A stretch of DNA of 64,000 nucleotides from Spirochaetia bacterium (GCA_965140585.1 OZ223272.1:160001-224000); one strand, 5' to 3'; shown: positions 1 to 11,042, numbered from the stretch's first letter. Notes: generated from the sequence alone by a model not told the origin. A program made the numbers and translations.

Positions 1-1
1 G

Positions 2-2185
2 ATGCTTGGTTCATCGGGCAGCTACTTTCCAAATTATTATGTAAACGGCTACCATCTGGCCGCCTACATCCGTGATAAATACGGGATTGAAAAGTTCAAC
101 CTTATTCTTGAAACTGCAGCCGATTTCTCCTTTGTACCGACAATTCTCAACCTGTCGGTAAAGAAATACACAGGAAAGAGTATAAACACGCTGTGGAAGG
201 CCTGCCTTTCTGATCTTGAAGAAAAATGGACGAAGCAGAAATTTAATTATCAAAGATCACCGCTACAGGAAGTTTACAGGCCTGAGAAAGACAGCTATCA
301 GAATATATATCCTGTTGGAACAGGCGAAACAGGTGAAGTTTACACCTACAACACTTCATACTCACGCCGGCCCTGGCTTGGCGTAATAGGGGCGGACGGC
401 AAAAACACAAGGCTTAAAACAATAAATCCCGCCGACCGGAACATTTCATTTCAAAACGGAGTATTCTGCTGGAGCGAGGTGACCGGTGATCTGCGCTGGG
501 GGAACCTGAGTTACGGTGAAATAAGGCGCTATGTACCTGCAACCGGTGAATACAGACTCATAACTGACAAAACAAGGTATTTCTCTCCTTCGCTTTCCCC
601 GGATACCCAAAAAATTGCGGTTGTGGAAATACTTGAAGACTGCTCAGAAAACCTTGTGATTTTGGATTCTGACAGCGGAGAATTGATTAAAAAATACAGC
701 CTTCCGGAAGGAAGCTCCAATTTCCAGACATGCTGGAGCACCGACGGAAGATCTGTTATCCTTTTAAGGCAGCAGGACTGGAGAAAATCCATAGTCCAGA
801 TTTATGCAGAGACAGGAAAGTCCCGGATTCTGCTTAACGACGCTGATTATGACATCTCCGGCCCGGCAGCATCCAAAGATTACCTGTATTTTATTTCGAC
901 TGCAGCCGGAATAGAGGAGGTGCATGCGGTAGACCTCGTTACCGGTGAGCTGTACAGGGCGGCAGGAAGCAGCTTCGGACTGTCAAATCCGGTTCCTGCG
1001 GCAAACGGGCTTATTGCGGCTGATTATACTCTCGGAGGCTATCGTCCGGTGATGCTTGATTCAGCAGAAATTGAACTTATACCCGCTTCCGGCATTGAGA
1101 ATCACCATGTCGATTACTTTACCGGGCTTGTAGAGCAGGAAAACGGGACAAAATATCCCGAAAATCTGGGTGAGGCAAAGGCTCAGAGCTCTGATTACAC
1201 TGTCAGCGATTACAGCCCCTTCCTTGGAGCCTTCAATTTTCACAGCCGCGGACTCGCTACTTCAACCTTCACAGGAGCGATCCTGGCCTACATGCAGGCC
1301 GATGATATCCTGGGGTATACATCGACTATGCTCGGCGCAGGTTATAACCCGGAATCAGCCGAACTTGCCGCATCATTATCAGGATGGTACGGCGGACTGT
1401 GGCCGGTTCTGGTCTACGGTATTGAAACCGGGACTCCGGCCTTATCACCGGGAAGTTATTTTAATACAACAGCCTATACAGGAGTAATGCTTCCCTTTAA
1501 TTTTTCCTCAGGAAATATACTGAGATCTCTTTATACGCAGACAACCCTGCTTGCAAATCTAAATGACAGTTACAGTCCCGACCTGCTGACAGTGCTTCAG
1601 AACAACCTGTCGCTTTCTGTCTATGAATATCAGGCAGTGAAAGATCTGATTCCACGGACAGGATTTACACTTGATGCAACATGGTATTTAAGCCTGGATC
1701 CGGCCTACTACAATTACATTTTCAGCAGGCTGGAAACCTATCTGCCTTCCATATTTGAAAATCACGGCATAATGGCAGGAATCGAAGCCGGTCTGAACCT
1801 CGATTCGGAGCGTTATAATTTAGCATCATGGACGGCGCCCAGAGCTATCACTGCATCAGATTACGGCTACACGGCAATGTATACAGCAACACTCGACTAT
1901 ATGTTCCCGCTGGCCTATCCTGATTTCTCACTGGGCAGCCTCTTCTATCTTCAGAGAATTTGGACTGATATTTTTCTTGATACAAGTTTCTGCTATAGCA
2001 GCATGACTCCAACTTCCTTCACTCCCGATGAACTGCTTCAGACAACGGGAATAGAGCTGTGGTTTGATTACAATATTCTGTTCACGGAAGTTGAACTTAG
2101 CTCAGGCATCAGATTTGCATACAACACGCAGAACGGGACATTCACCCTTCAGGACACCGTTCTGCTTTTGGGATTCAGCTGGTAG
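2..2185 (+). CDS. Outer-membrane protein, 5'-truncated by window edge: tail of a peptidase-like helical domain, TolB-like beta-propeller, C-terminal beta-barrel
   Basis: YYVNGYHLAAYIRDKYG resembles the post-HEXXH helix of MA-like peptidases; propeller repeats such as YFSPSLSPDTQKIAVV and WSTDGRSVILL; amphipathic C-terminal strands ending in aromatic W. Confidence 0.55.
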   Translation: MLGSSGSYFPNYYVNGYHLAAYIRDKYGIEKFNLILETAADFSFVPTILNLSVKKYTGKSINTLWKACLSDLEEKWTKQKFNYQRSPLQEVYRPEKDSYQNIYPVGTGETGEVYTYNTSYSRRPWLGVIGADGKNTRLKTINPADRNISFQNGVFCWSEVTGDLRWGNLSYGEIRRYVPATGEYRLITDKTRYFSPSLSPDTQKIAVVEILEDCSENLVILDSDSGELIKKYSLPEGSSNFQTCWSTDGRSVILLRQQDWRKSIVQIYAETGKSRILLNDADYDISGPAASKDYLYFISTAAGIEEVHAVDLVTGELYRAAGSSFGLSNPVPAANGLIAADYTLGGYRPVMLDSAEIELIPASGIENHHVDYFTGLVEQENGTKYPENLGEAKAQSSDYTVSDYSPFLGAFNFHSRGLATSTFTGAILAYMQADDILGYTSTMLGAGYNPESAELAASLSGWYGGLWPVLVYGIETGTPALSPGSYFNTTAYTGVMLPFNFSSGNILRSLYTQTTLLANLNDSYSPDLLTVLQNNLSLSVYEYQAVKDLIPRTGFTLDATWYLSLDPAYYNYIFSRLETYLPSIFENHGIMAGIEAGLNLDSERYNLASWTAPRAITASDYGYTAMYTATLDYMFPLAYPDFSLGSLFYLQRIWTDIFLDTSFCYSSMTPTSFTPDELLQTTGIELWFDYNILFTEVELSSGIRFAYNTQNGTFTLQDTVLLLGFSW

Positions 2186-2194
2186 GAAGGATTG

Positions 2195-2247
2195 GAACTG
2201 CCTAAGCTTCCGCTATGAAAGAAGCTTAGGCGTTGACAGTTCTTTTT
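2195..2247. terminator. Stem-loop between convergent genes
   Basis: GCCTAAGCTTC (2200-2210) / GAAGCTTAGGC (2221-2231), followed by a T-run. Confidence 0.6.
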
Positions 2248-2265
2248 AAAGGCTGCAGCAGCCCT

Positions 2266-5229
2266 TTACAGAGGTAACTGCTGACGGTTTTCCTTTATCT
2301 CATCACCGAACTCGGCAGCAAGTTCATTTATTACAGAATCAGGACCCATCACTACTGTAACCGAACCCTTCATATTTTCTTTCAGCCTGATAGCGGCATC
2401 CATAATATCCTCGGTAGTGGTACCAAGCATGGCCTCTCTCTTCTGCTGACGCAGTTCGTCGGTTATGCTATAGAGTTCCCGCCTGAAACCGATGAGGCTC
2501 TGCTCTCCCGGGCTCAGGGGTTTTGCATCCTTACCGACGACTGTAATGATAGCTTTCTTCAGGTCTTTGTACTTGTACCGTCCGGAAATTGCCGAATCAA
2601 AGGCTGCCCTGGTTGCATTGATATTCTTTCCGGGGGCAGGGTCCCTGTAAGTAGACAGGGTAAACAGACCTTCGGTTCCGTTTACCGCGGCATATACACC
2701 GTAAGCGCCGTTTTTCATCCGTACCTCTTCCCAGAGATAGTTTGTTTTAAGTAGATGTCCGAGCAGGGTTTCGTGGGAATGTTCTTCGGTTCCAAGCTTT
2801 GAGCACGGAAAGGCCGCCGCTGTGTAGCAGATTGATGAAGGAACCGCAAGTGAAGCCATAGAAAAAGCCGGTTCATTTTTAAGCGGGGTTCCGGCAGCCT
2901 TACGCTGACGGACAGATTCACGGCCGTCAATTTTCTTCAGAAAATCAACTATCCCATCTTTTACCATGCCGACGGAACCCTCTTCACAGGTAATATTGAA
3001 TGAGATTCTTCCCGGAGCAAAGAGTTCATCTCTGATTTCAAGCAGTTTTTTACCTATCTGGGGAATCGATTTTTCAAGATCTGCGGCCAGACCGTTTATG
3101 TAGAGATACTGCCTTGTTCCACGCCATTCATCCTCACGTTCAAGAACCCGGTCAAACTCGGCGCCTGCTTTAACAGCACAGAATGAATGCCCGGCAGGAA
3201 TAATGCTTGATTTGAAATCGTTCTTCATCTCAAGCAGCAGGTCTTTAATCCTGGTTTCATCTCCGATGAGGGATTTCAGAAAAAGATCAGATGTAAGTTT
3301 CATTGCCTCATCAAAATCAGATTCAAGAGCTTTCAGCCTGAAAAAGAGGTAATCTTTTCTTTTCGGATCTTTCCCTGCTGTCCGGCTTGACTCCAGGAAG
3401 GTATACAGCCCCCCGGTAATCATTGAAAGCTTGACAGCGACCTCGTCATAGGTCATATCAGGCAGCGCCGATGAGCATATCATCCTGCTGAAGAAGGGTA
3501 GAAGCATTCCGTCTTCGTCCTCGATATCCCGTACATCAATTGCCAGATCGAGGTAGACAATTCCGTTTGTAAAAAGCTTATGGGAATAAAGCGGAACTCC
3601 GCTGAAGGTCTCCTGATCGGTTTTTATTTTCCGTATTTCAAGCGGAAGGTCTTCGAGATCGAGGGTGGGAATCAGATCCGCATTTTTATCATCAGGCTGT
3701 TCCTGAAAGTTCTGAAATGATTCAAGTTTTTCATCCTGGGAGGAGGCTTCTTCAGCAGTATAGGAGCCTCTCCGCTTCTCAACAGCTGCCTCGATATCAC
3801 TGTCCATACGGCTGTTATGTCCGGCATCCGGAACAACTGAAAGAGTAATTCTGTTGGGATTGTCGATGAACCAGGTCTTGAGCATCCTGCTGAAATAGGC
3901 GCTGTCATCAGCTATTCTTCGCTTAAGTTCCTCCATACTCGATTCATAAACCATTGTATGTGAGGGAGAAGCCTCATGAAGCCAGCCCTTAAGCGAACGG
4001 CCCATCAGTCTGAGGCCGAAAGGGGCTCCGCCCTTTATCTCGCGGTTTCTGAACTCAACCTTGTGAATTGCTCCAGTGAGCGAATCAGCGGGAATACCGT
4101 TTGCGGCCATGTCCTCAAGCAGATCCATGATCAGCTTTTCAAAATCCTCCCTTGATTCGGCTTTTGCACCGCGTATTCCTATGGAAAAAACTATCTCGCG
4201 CAGATCGGTTTCAATTCCGCTCACTGGGCTAAGATCCTCTCCGAGTCCGGATTCAACAACGGCCTTGTAGACCGGAGCTCCCATGTTTCCAAGAAGCGCT
4301 TCGGCAAGGACCTCAAAGGCAAGGATGTTTATGGGTTCACCCACACCCGCTGTTTTCCAGTTCATGGTTATTGTGGCAAGATCGTCACCTTCACCCTCCT
4401 CATCAAAAGGACAGGTGATTGTTTCAACCACAGGAGCGGACCAGCCCGGCTGCAGATTAAGCTCCTCTGCCGGTTCCGCCTTTGCTGTGAAATCACTGAG
4501 AAAGTTTTCTTCAATGAAAGCCAGCTGCTTGTCGGTATCTATATCGCCGTAAAGGAAGATCCGGCAGTTTGAAGGATGATAGTAACGTTTGTGAAAGGCG
4601 ACAAAGGCCTCATATGTAAGCGATGGTATAGCCGATGGCTCTCCGCCGCTGTCGAAGCGGTAGGGAGTATCGGGGAAAAGCTTCCGGTATGAATACTCGG
4701 AAGCAATTGAGTCATGGTTTGAGTAAGCGCCCTTCATCTCGTTGAATACAACGCCCTGCGGCAGTATGCCTCCGTTTCCGTCCTTTTCAAAGCGGATCCC
4801 TTCCTGCATAAAAATTTCCTCTTTCAGCAGCGGAAAGAAAACGGCGTCTCCGTAGACACTCATCAAGTTGAAGTAGTCGCGTTCAACAGTTGATGCCGCC
4901 GGGAAGACAGTCTTATCGGGATAAGTCATCGCGTTGAGAAAGGTGTTCATGCTTCCGTTCATCATCGCAAGGAAGGGGTCCTTTATCGGATACTTCCTAG
5001 AGCCGCTTAGAACACAGTGCTCAAGAATGTGGGGAAGCCCGGTATCATCATAGGGCGGAGTCTTGAAAATGAAGGAGAAAAGATTCTCCTTATCGTCATT
5101 CATTACATGGTACAGGTCCAGGCCTGTCTTTTCATGTGTGAAGCGGAAACCTTTACCTTTGTATTCAGGAAGGTCATCAATCTCTGTTGATATAAATCCG
5201 TGGTGTTTTTCTCCGATTCTGTACATCAA
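2266..5229 (-). CDS. Insulinase-family M16C zinc protease (presequence protease PreP/Cym1-like)
   Basis: Inverted zinc motif HILEH in GLPHILEHCVLSGSRKYP; FLNAMTYPDKT; GVVFNEMKG; C-terminal VRMKNGAYG. Confidence 0.95.
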   Translation of the reverse strand: MMYRIGEKHHGFISTEIDDLPEYKGKGFRFTHEKTGLDLYHVMNDDKENLFSFIFKTPPYDDTGLPHILEHCVLSGSRKYPIKDPFLAMMNGSMNTFLNAMTYPDKTVFPAASTVERDYFNLMSVYGDAVFFPLLKEEIFMQEGIRFEKDGNGGILPQGVVFNEMKGAYSNHDSIASEYSYRKLFPDTPYRFDSGGEPSAIPSLTYEAFVAFHKRYYHPSNCRIFLYGDIDTDKQLAFIEENFLSDFTAKAEPAEELNLQPGWSAPVVETITCPFDEEGEGDDLATITMNWKTAGVGEPINILAFEVLAEALLGNMGAPVYKAVVESGLGEDLSPVSGIETDLREIVFSIGIRGAKAESREDFEKLIMDLLEDMAANGIPADSLTGAIHKVEFRNREIKGGAPFGLRLMGRSLKGWLHEASPSHTMVYESSMEELKRRIADDSAYFSRMLKTWFIDNPNRITLSVVPDAGHNSRMDSDIEAAVEKRRGSYTAEEASSQDEKLESFQNFQEQPDDKNADLIPTLDLEDLPLEIRKIKTDQETFSGVPLYSHKLFTNGIVYLDLAIDVRDIEDEDGMLLPFFSRMICSSALPDMTYDEVAVKLSMITGGLYTFLESSRTAGKDPKRKDYLFFRLKALESDFDEAMKLTSDLFLKSLIGDETRIKDLLLEMKNDFKSSIIPAGHSFCAVKAGAEFDRVLEREDEWRGTRQYLYINGLAADLEKSIPQIGKKLLEIRDELFAPGRISFNITCEEGSVGMVKDGIVDFLKKIDGRESVRQRKAAGTPLKNEPAFSMASLAVPSSICYTAAAFPCSKLGTEEHSHETLLGHLLKTNYLWEEVRMKNGAYGVYAAVNGTEGLFTLSTYRDPAPGKNINATRAAFDSAISGRYKYKDLKKAIITVVGKDAKPLSPGEQSLIGFRRELYSITDELRQQKREAMLGTTTEDIMDAAIRLKENMKGSVTVVMGPDSVINELAAEFGDEIKENRQQLPL

Positions 5230-5236
5230 TATCTGT

Positions 5237-6169
5237 CTAACCTTTCTGTCCTATGTATTTTATCCGCTTCAGAAGAGCAGAGAACTTGTCTATATCGCAT
5301 TTTGTAATCACATCGGCATGACCGCCGAATTTTTCATCCTTTACTGAGGCTCCACGCCTCACATCGCTCTGATCGAGTATTATTCCAAGATTCATTTTTT
5401 CTGATTCTGTAACCGATGAAGGATCTATAACACAGGCCATGGCGAGCGGATCAGGAAAGGAGATAAGCCTCTTTCCGTAAACGCTTTCCTTGTAATCCAT
5501 GTAGAAGCTCTGGAGATCGAGAAAAAGCTGTCCTGCAGCGGATCCGCCCATATCAAGGGCATCAAATTCCTCTTCGGTGTAAATCATATCCATAACAGCA
5601 TCCCAGGTAAGGATGCTGACCGGAAGACCGGCAGAGAGACAGAAGGCGATTGCCTCCGGATCATAGGCGAAGTTAAACTCGGCATGGGGTGTCACATTCC
5701 CCGGACCGACGGCACCGCCCATCATCACTATTTCTCCAAGAAGGTCCTTCAGCTGCGGGTACAGATTAAGCGCTATGGCAATATTTGTAAGCGGCCCGAG
5801 GGTCACCAGGGTCATTCCCCTGTTTTCCTCCGCGGTTTTAAGCAGTCCTTCAACAGCATTCAGTGCATCAATGCTTTTTGCCGAAGCATCAAGCTTGACA
5901 TTACCAAGGCCGCTGGCTCCGTGTATATTATCTGATCGGATTTCGTTTCTGACAAATGGAAACGCAGCCCCTCTGAATACCGGAACATCGGTCCGGCCGG
6001 AAAACGAAAGAAGCCCGCATACGTTATTTACAACATTATCAAGGCTTGTATTGCCTGCAACACAGCTTATTCCGGCAACTTCAAGTTCCGGAGCCGCAAG
6101 AGCCATCATAATGGCTACAGCATCATCGATACCGCAATCGGTGTCTATAAAAACAGTTTTTTTCTGCAT
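5237..6169 (-). CDS. Nucleoside hydrolase (IUNH/Rih family)
   Basis: DTDCGIDDA aspartate cluster; LGPLTNIA; GNVTPHAEFNFAYDPEA. Confidence 0.93.
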   Translation of the reverse strand: MQKKTVFIDTDCGIDDAVAIMMALAAPELEVAGISCVAGNTSLDNVVNNVCGLLSFSGRTDVPVFRGAAFPFVRNEIRSDNIHGASGLGNVKLDASAKSIDALNAVEGLLKTAEENRGMTLVTLGPLTNIAIALNLYPQLKDLLGEIVMMGGAVGPGNVTPHAEFNFAYDPEAIAFCLSAGLPVSILTWDAVMDMIYTEEEFDALDMGGSAAGQLFLDLQSFYMDYKESVYGKRLISFPDPLAMACVIDPSSVTESEKMNLGIILDQSDVRRGASVKDEKFGGHADVITKCDIDKFSALLKRIKYIGQKG

Positions 6170-6172
6170 AAT

Positions 6173-8335
6173 CTATCCCTGGGGAACGCCCTTCATTGAA
6201 AGGGAGATCCTTTTCCTCTTTTCATCTACGGCAAGAACCTTAACCTGAACGTACTGGCCGACCTTTAGAATATCGGACGGGTTTTTTATAAAATGCTCCG
6301 ATATTTCACTGATGTGAACCAGTCCGTCCTGATGAACTCCGGTATCAACAAAGGCACCGAAGGCCGCAACGTTTGTAACTATACCGTTAACAACTATTCC
6401 CACCTTCAGATCGGACATCGTTTCAATACCCTCGCTGAAGCTGAAAAACCTGTATTCATCCCGCGGATCCCGTCCCGGCTTTTTAAGCTCGGCAATAATA
6501 TCGTTCACAGTGGGCAGACCGGCGCTTTCACTAATATAATCACGCGGTACAAGGGAATCAATTTTTTTAGGATCGTTCATAAGCTCTGCCACAGAACAGC
6601 CGCTGTTTTTAGCCATCTTCTCTACAATCGGGTAGCTTTCAGGGTGGACACCGCTTGAATCAAGTGGATTCTTACCATTGTTGATGCGCAGGAAGCCTGC
6701 CGCCTGCTGATAGACCTTATCGCCTACCCCGCCTACCTTCAGAAGCTGTTCACGTTCTTTAAAGCTTCCGGTCTTTTCACGGTTCTTTACGATTGCATCA
6801 GCAGTCTTTCTGCTGAGTCCGGAAACATACGAAAGCAGTTCGCTGCTGGCGGTATTCAGTTCAACACCAACGGAGTTAACGCATGATACAACTACATCAT
6901 CAAGCCCCTTCTTAAGAAGCTTTGAATCTACATCGTGCTGATACTGGCCGACCCCGATTGAACCCGGGTCGATCTTTACAAGCTCGGCAAGCGGATCCAT
7001 CAGGCGCCGCCCGATTGAGACGGCTCCCCGGACTGTAACGTCCTGGTCAGGAAACTCACGCCGTGCAGCCTCGGAGGCGGAATAAACAGAAGCGCCGCTT
7101 TCATTAACCGATTCTATAATCACCGTCGACCCGGCGAATACCGAGCGCAGAAAAGCCTCCGTCTCTCTTCCGCCTGTTCCGTTGCCGACAGCAACGACCT
7201 CAGTCTTATACTTTGAGGCCATGGACAGCAGCTTGCACTCGGCATCCGCTGTTTTATTGTGGGGCGGAAGGGGGTAAATGACATCATGCTCCAGAAGGGC
7301 TCCCTCTGCGCCGAGAACTACAACCTTGCAGCCTGTCCGAAGCCCCGGGTCGACAGCAATCATTCTCCTGGCCCCCAGTGGGGCTGCCATAAGAAGATTG
7401 CGCACGTTCTCGGCAAAGACCGAAACAGCCTCGGTATCGGCGCTCAGTTTGGCCGCTTTCTTTGTTTCAGTTTCAAGTGAGGGGGCAATAAGCCTGCCGT
7501 AGGCATCAGCCGAAGCCGCCCTGATAAAATCCGAACAGGCTGGGTTCTTACTCCCGTTCTGCTTTTGGATCGAGTCATGAAACTCACGGTTAATAATCTT
7601 CAGGGCGGGCTCTTCATCAGGCAGGATGTGCCATCGTAGAAAGCCCTCATCAGCCCCGCGCATTACAGCCAGAAAGCGGTGTGAAGGGATGCCTGAAACA
7701 CGCTGGGAAAAATCAAAATAGTCCTGGTATTTGGCCGCCTCTTCCTTTTTTTTCACTACAACCTGTGAACTTAGAACAGCATCGCGTTCAAAGAGTTCCC
7801 GAAGCTTTCCGCGGACGGCGCTGCTCTCGGATACTTTCTCGGCAATGATGTCGGATGCACCTGCAAGGGCCTCGTCTGCAGATTCAACCCCCTTTTCAGG
7901 GTTGATGAAAGCTTCAGCGTCCTTCGGCAGGCTGCAGCTGAATGACAGGATTGCCTCGGCAAGAGGAGTAAGCCCCTTCTCCGCCGCAACAGAGGCTCTG
8001 GTTTTCTTTTTCGGGCGGTAGGGAAGGTATAGATCTTCCAGTTCATTCAGAGTCATTACAGCATCAATGGCGGCGGCAAGCTCATCAGTCAGAAGCTCCC
8101 GTTCTTTCAGGGAGGAAAGAATTGCTTCACGTCTTTTTTCAAAGGCGGCAATTTCCTCAAGCCTGTCCCTGACCGCTATTATCTGAACCTCATCGAGGTT
8201 TCCTGTAGCCTCTTTTCTGTATCGTGCAATAAAGGGAACAGTCGCCCCCTCTTCAAGAAGTCCCGAAACTGCAATAACGCCCCTGACGGGGACGCCGGTA
8301 TCGGCCGAAGCCTGCTTAAAATATCTGTCATCCAT
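6173..8335 (-). CDS. tex: Tex family RNA-binding transcription accessory protein
   Basis: GATVPFIARYRKEATG; EDLYLPY; YqgF-like DPGLRTGCK; SIGVGQYQHDV; HhH and C-terminal S1 domain. Confidence 0.96.
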   Translation of the reverse strand: MDDRYFKQASADTGVPVRGVIAVSGLLEEGATVPFIARYRKEATGNLDEVQIIAVRDRLEEIAAFEKRREAILSSLKERELLTDELAAAIDAVMTLNELEDLYLPYRPKKKTRASVAAEKGLTPLAEAILSFSCSLPKDAEAFINPEKGVESADEALAGASDIIAEKVSESSAVRGKLRELFERDAVLSSQVVVKKKEEAAKYQDYFDFSQRVSGIPSHRFLAVMRGADEGFLRWHILPDEEPALKIINREFHDSIQKQNGSKNPACSDFIRAASADAYGRLIAPSLETETKKAAKLSADTEAVSVFAENVRNLLMAAPLGARRMIAVDPGLRTGCKVVVLGAEGALLEHDVIYPLPPHNKTADAECKLLSMASKYKTEVVAVGNGTGGRETEAFLRSVFAGSTVIIESVNESGASVYSASEAARREFPDQDVTVRGAVSIGRRLMDPLAELVKIDPGSIGVGQYQHDVDSKLLKKGLDDVVVSCVNSVGVELNTASSELLSYVSGLSRKTADAIVKNREKTGSFKEREQLLKVGGVGDKVYQQAAGFLRINNGKNPLDSSGVHPESYPIVEKMAKNSGCSVAELMNDPKKIDSLVPRDYISESAGLPTVNDIIAELKKPGRDPRDEYRFFSFSEGIETMSDLKVGIVVNGIVTNVAAFGAFVDTGVHQDGLVHISEISEHFIKNPSDILKVGQYVQVKVLAVDEKRKRISLSMKGVPQG

Positions 8336-8387
8336 AGAGCAACATTAAAGCGCAGATGGTTGGAATTTGCAATAAGCGGGATTAAGA

Positions 8388-8434
8388 AGAAAAGCCTCTC
8401 TGACAGTCTGAATTTGAGCTTATCAGAGAGGCTT
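8388..8434 (-). terminator. Likely intrinsic terminator of the flotillin operon
   Basis: AAGCCTCTCTGA (8392-8403) / TCAGAGAGGCTT (8423-8434), with a U-rich tail on the minus strand. Confidence 0.65.
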
Positions 8435-8439
8435 GAAAT

Positions 8440-9729
8440 TTATTTTTTAATAGAAGAAACAGAAACGGAATTCTTACCGGTCAGTAATTCAGGTGATACC
8501 CCGAGACTGTCTCCCATAAGGTTTTTGATCAGTTCATTTTTTGTCATATCAACAGCATGGGGATGAATAGCGCTGATAGGCTGATGCCCGCCTTCCATTC
8601 CTGTAACGACAGATACATTATCAACATTAAAGAGAGTGAGAGTCTCGGCAAATGGCTGAATAAGCTTGCTGAAGTTCTCAATAAGATAGGCTGTAGCACC
8701 CTTTTCACCCTGTGAGGCAATAATATCTATAGTCTCTTTCAGCTGATCGATGACAGCCTGCTCTTCACCTCTAATTTCTGCAGACTTGATTTTTGCCTCA
8801 AGAATCATCTTTTCCTTCTCTGCAAGAGCAGGAGTAACAACCTCGGCCTCAAGCTTCTTTCTAAGCATCACTACACGCTCTTTTTCAGATTCGATCTTAG
8901 TTTTAAGACCGGCAACCTCCGCATCTGCGGCTTTCTGAACACCCTCGATACCGACCAGCCCGCGCTGTTCCTCCTCGGCAACCGCAACACGTGTTTCGGC
9001 AACCATGTTCTCATACATATTTGTGTATTTCCGGACTTCTATTTCAGTCCGGCGCTTTTCCTCTTCTTCAACCGATTTGGCCTGAGATTCAGCCTTTGCA
9101 ATTCTGGCCTGGCATTCGGCATATACAGTCTGGATACGTTTAAGAAGTGCAATGTAGAGTTCAGGATCTTCAACACCTTCAAGGCGGTGATCATCAACAT
9201 CTGCTATATTCATCGTTGCAATTTCAAGACCGATGTTTTCAAGATCAGTCTTACAGACATTTATCATGTTGGAAACAAGCTGATCCTTATCCTGCATAAC
9301 CTGTTCAGGGGTCATGGATGCAATTACATCCCTGAGGTGTCCCTCGATGATATCACTTGCAACCTCTTTAAGATTATCGGGATGATCTATCATTGAAAGC
9401 AGGCGTGTAACAGCCTTGTCCCGGCCCTGGGCGGATGATGCAATTGAAAAACTTACTGTAGCCTTAACATTCAACGGAACTACTCCGTCGGCAATAGAGG
9501 ACTTCACAACAACATCTATTGTATAAGGCATTAGATTTACAGTGGTATAGCGGTGAAAAAGCGGTATTATAAATGCCCGTCCACCCGAAAGAGTGGTAAA
9601 TCCGGCCTTGCCGCCCTTACCTGCAATAATACCAAGTTTATTTCCCCCGATGATCTTCATCCGTGTTATCAGCTGGATAAAAAGAGTGATAAGAATAAGT
9701 AATATCAGTGTAACGGTAAACAGCATCAT
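8440..9729 (-). CDS. SPFH/flotillin family protein (copy 2)
   Basis: N-terminal TM helix; SPFH core IIEGHLRDVIASMTPEQV..LENIGLEI; Ala/Glu-rich coiled coil; ATGA overlap with the upstream flotillin. Confidence 0.9.
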   Translation of the reverse strand: MMLFTVTLILLILITLFIQLITRMKIIGGNKLGIIAGKGGKAGFTTLSGGRAFIIPLFHRYTTVNLMPYTIDVVVKSSIADGVVPLNVKATVSFSIASSAQGRDKAVTRLLSMIDHPDNLKEVASDIIEGHLRDVIASMTPEQVMQDKDQLVSNMINVCKTDLENIGLEIATMNIADVDDHRLEGVEDPELYIALLKRIQTVYAECQARIAKAESQAKSVEEEEKRRTEIEVRKYTNMYENMVAETRVAVAEEEQRGLVGIEGVQKAADAEVAGLKTKIESEKERVVMLRKKLEAEVVTPALAEKEKMILEAKIKSAEIRGEEQAVIDQLKETIDIIASQGEKGATAYLIENFSKLIQPFAETLTLFNVDNVSVVTGMEGGHQPISAIHPHAVDMTKNELIKNLMGDSLGVSPELLTGKNSVSVSSIKK

Positions 9730-11042
9730 TTTGCAGCCTCCTTTTTACCCATAAGTTCAGGTATATTGATTCCCATTCCCTCCTGAAAGTGTTTCAGAAA
9801 GGTAACAAAGGCGGCAGGACCGCGGTTAACTGCACCTGAAAATCCGGTTTTTTCATCCATAACCAGAAAATTGTTCACACCGGCTTTTCCTGCAGACTGC
9901 TTGTAGGCATCATAAAGAAAGGGAAGCTGATTCATGAACAGAACCATGTTTCCAACATCTCCGGCCTTCTTCAGCAGTTCAGTCTTCTGGCGCAGCATGG
10001 AGTTTCGGGTTCCCTCAACAATTCGAATTGCCTCGTTTTCTCCCTCAGCCAGGATTTCTGAGGCTTGACTCTTGGCTTCAGCATCAAGAACCACCTCGGT
10101 CTGGTTCCGCAGTTTCCTAAGCTCGACATGCTCGGACTGAACACGGGTCTGGCCCTCATTCTGGGCCTTCTCTATGCCGTTATCTGCAAGCAGCTTTTTC
10201 TCGACTATCAGGTTTTCACTCTCCTTCCTGTAGAGCTCAACCTTCTGCCGGGCCGCTATTATTGCTTCCTCTGCCTTTTTTCTGGCCAGGGTAATAATTC
10301 TGTTACTGTCCGATTCCGCCTGCTCAGCCTCGGCCTTCAGACGGGCTTCCTCTATAGCAACCTCTTTCTGCTTTGACGAAAGAGTTTTCTGAGCAAGGTT
10401 TGCTATATAGTTGGAGGTGTCCCAGATATTCTGAAAGGACACTGAAACGACCTTCATTCCGAAGGTTGACAGATCGCTGTCGATATCCCGCACAAGCTCT
10501 TCGCGGAACTCGGCTCTTGATCCCTCGGTATCGCTTGATTCGGGATCAGCATTCTTCATACCTATGGCCTCCTGCGGAGTTGCCTTGTTAAGCGCGCCAC
10601 GGAAATTTCCTATCAGGGTCCGCTGGATCTGTTCCTGAATCTCCTCACGGCTTTTACCCAGCAGTTTTTCGACAGCAGTGTAAACCATTGCACTGTCGTC
10701 GGTGTCAATACAGACACAAGCTGTCGCATCGGCGCCTACCGTAATACCGTTGGCGGAATTAACGCCCTCCACCCGTACGTTGATCGGGTAAATTCCCAAA
10801 TCAAGCTGTCTTGCCTCCTGAAAATACGGGACCACTGTGGTTCTTCCGCGGACAACGGAGAACCCGTAGGTCTTGCCGTCACGTCTACTTTTCCGCCCGT
10901 TGACTACAATCAGGATATGGGGCAGCGCCACCTTGATAAATGCCTTTAAGATCAGGATGAGCAGAAAAAATACAACAATCGCCGCTATTGCCGGAAATAT
11001 CGAACCGCCCCCCTGTCCAAGTAATTCAGTGATAATATCCAC
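9726..11042 (-). CDS. SPFH/flotillin family protein (copy 1)
   Basis: N-terminal TM; AVEKLLGKSREEIQEQIQRTLIGNFRG; IQNIWD-like FQNIWDTSNYI; AE-rich coiled coil; GTG start after AGGAGG. Confidence 0.9.
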   Translation of the reverse strand: MDIITELLGQGGGSIFPAIAAIVVFFLLILILKAFIKVALPHILIVVNGRKSRRDGKTYGFSVVRGRTTVVPYFQEARQLDLGIYPINVRVEGVNSANGITVGADATACVCIDTDDSAMVYTAVEKLLGKSREEIQEQIQRTLIGNFRGALNKATPQEAIGMKNADPESSDTEGSRAEFREELVRDIDSDLSTFGMKVVSVSFQNIWDTSNYIANLAQKTLSSKQKEVAIEEARLKAEAEQAESDSNRIITLARKKAEEAIIAARQKVELYRKESENLIVEKKLLADNGIEKAQNEGQTRVQSEHVELRKLRNQTEVVLDAEAKSQASEILAEGENEAIRIVEGTRNSMLRQKTELLKKAGDVGNMVLFMNQLPFLYDAYKQSAGKAGVNNFLVMDEKTGFSGAVNRGPAAFVTFLKHFQEGMGINIPELMGKKEAAK

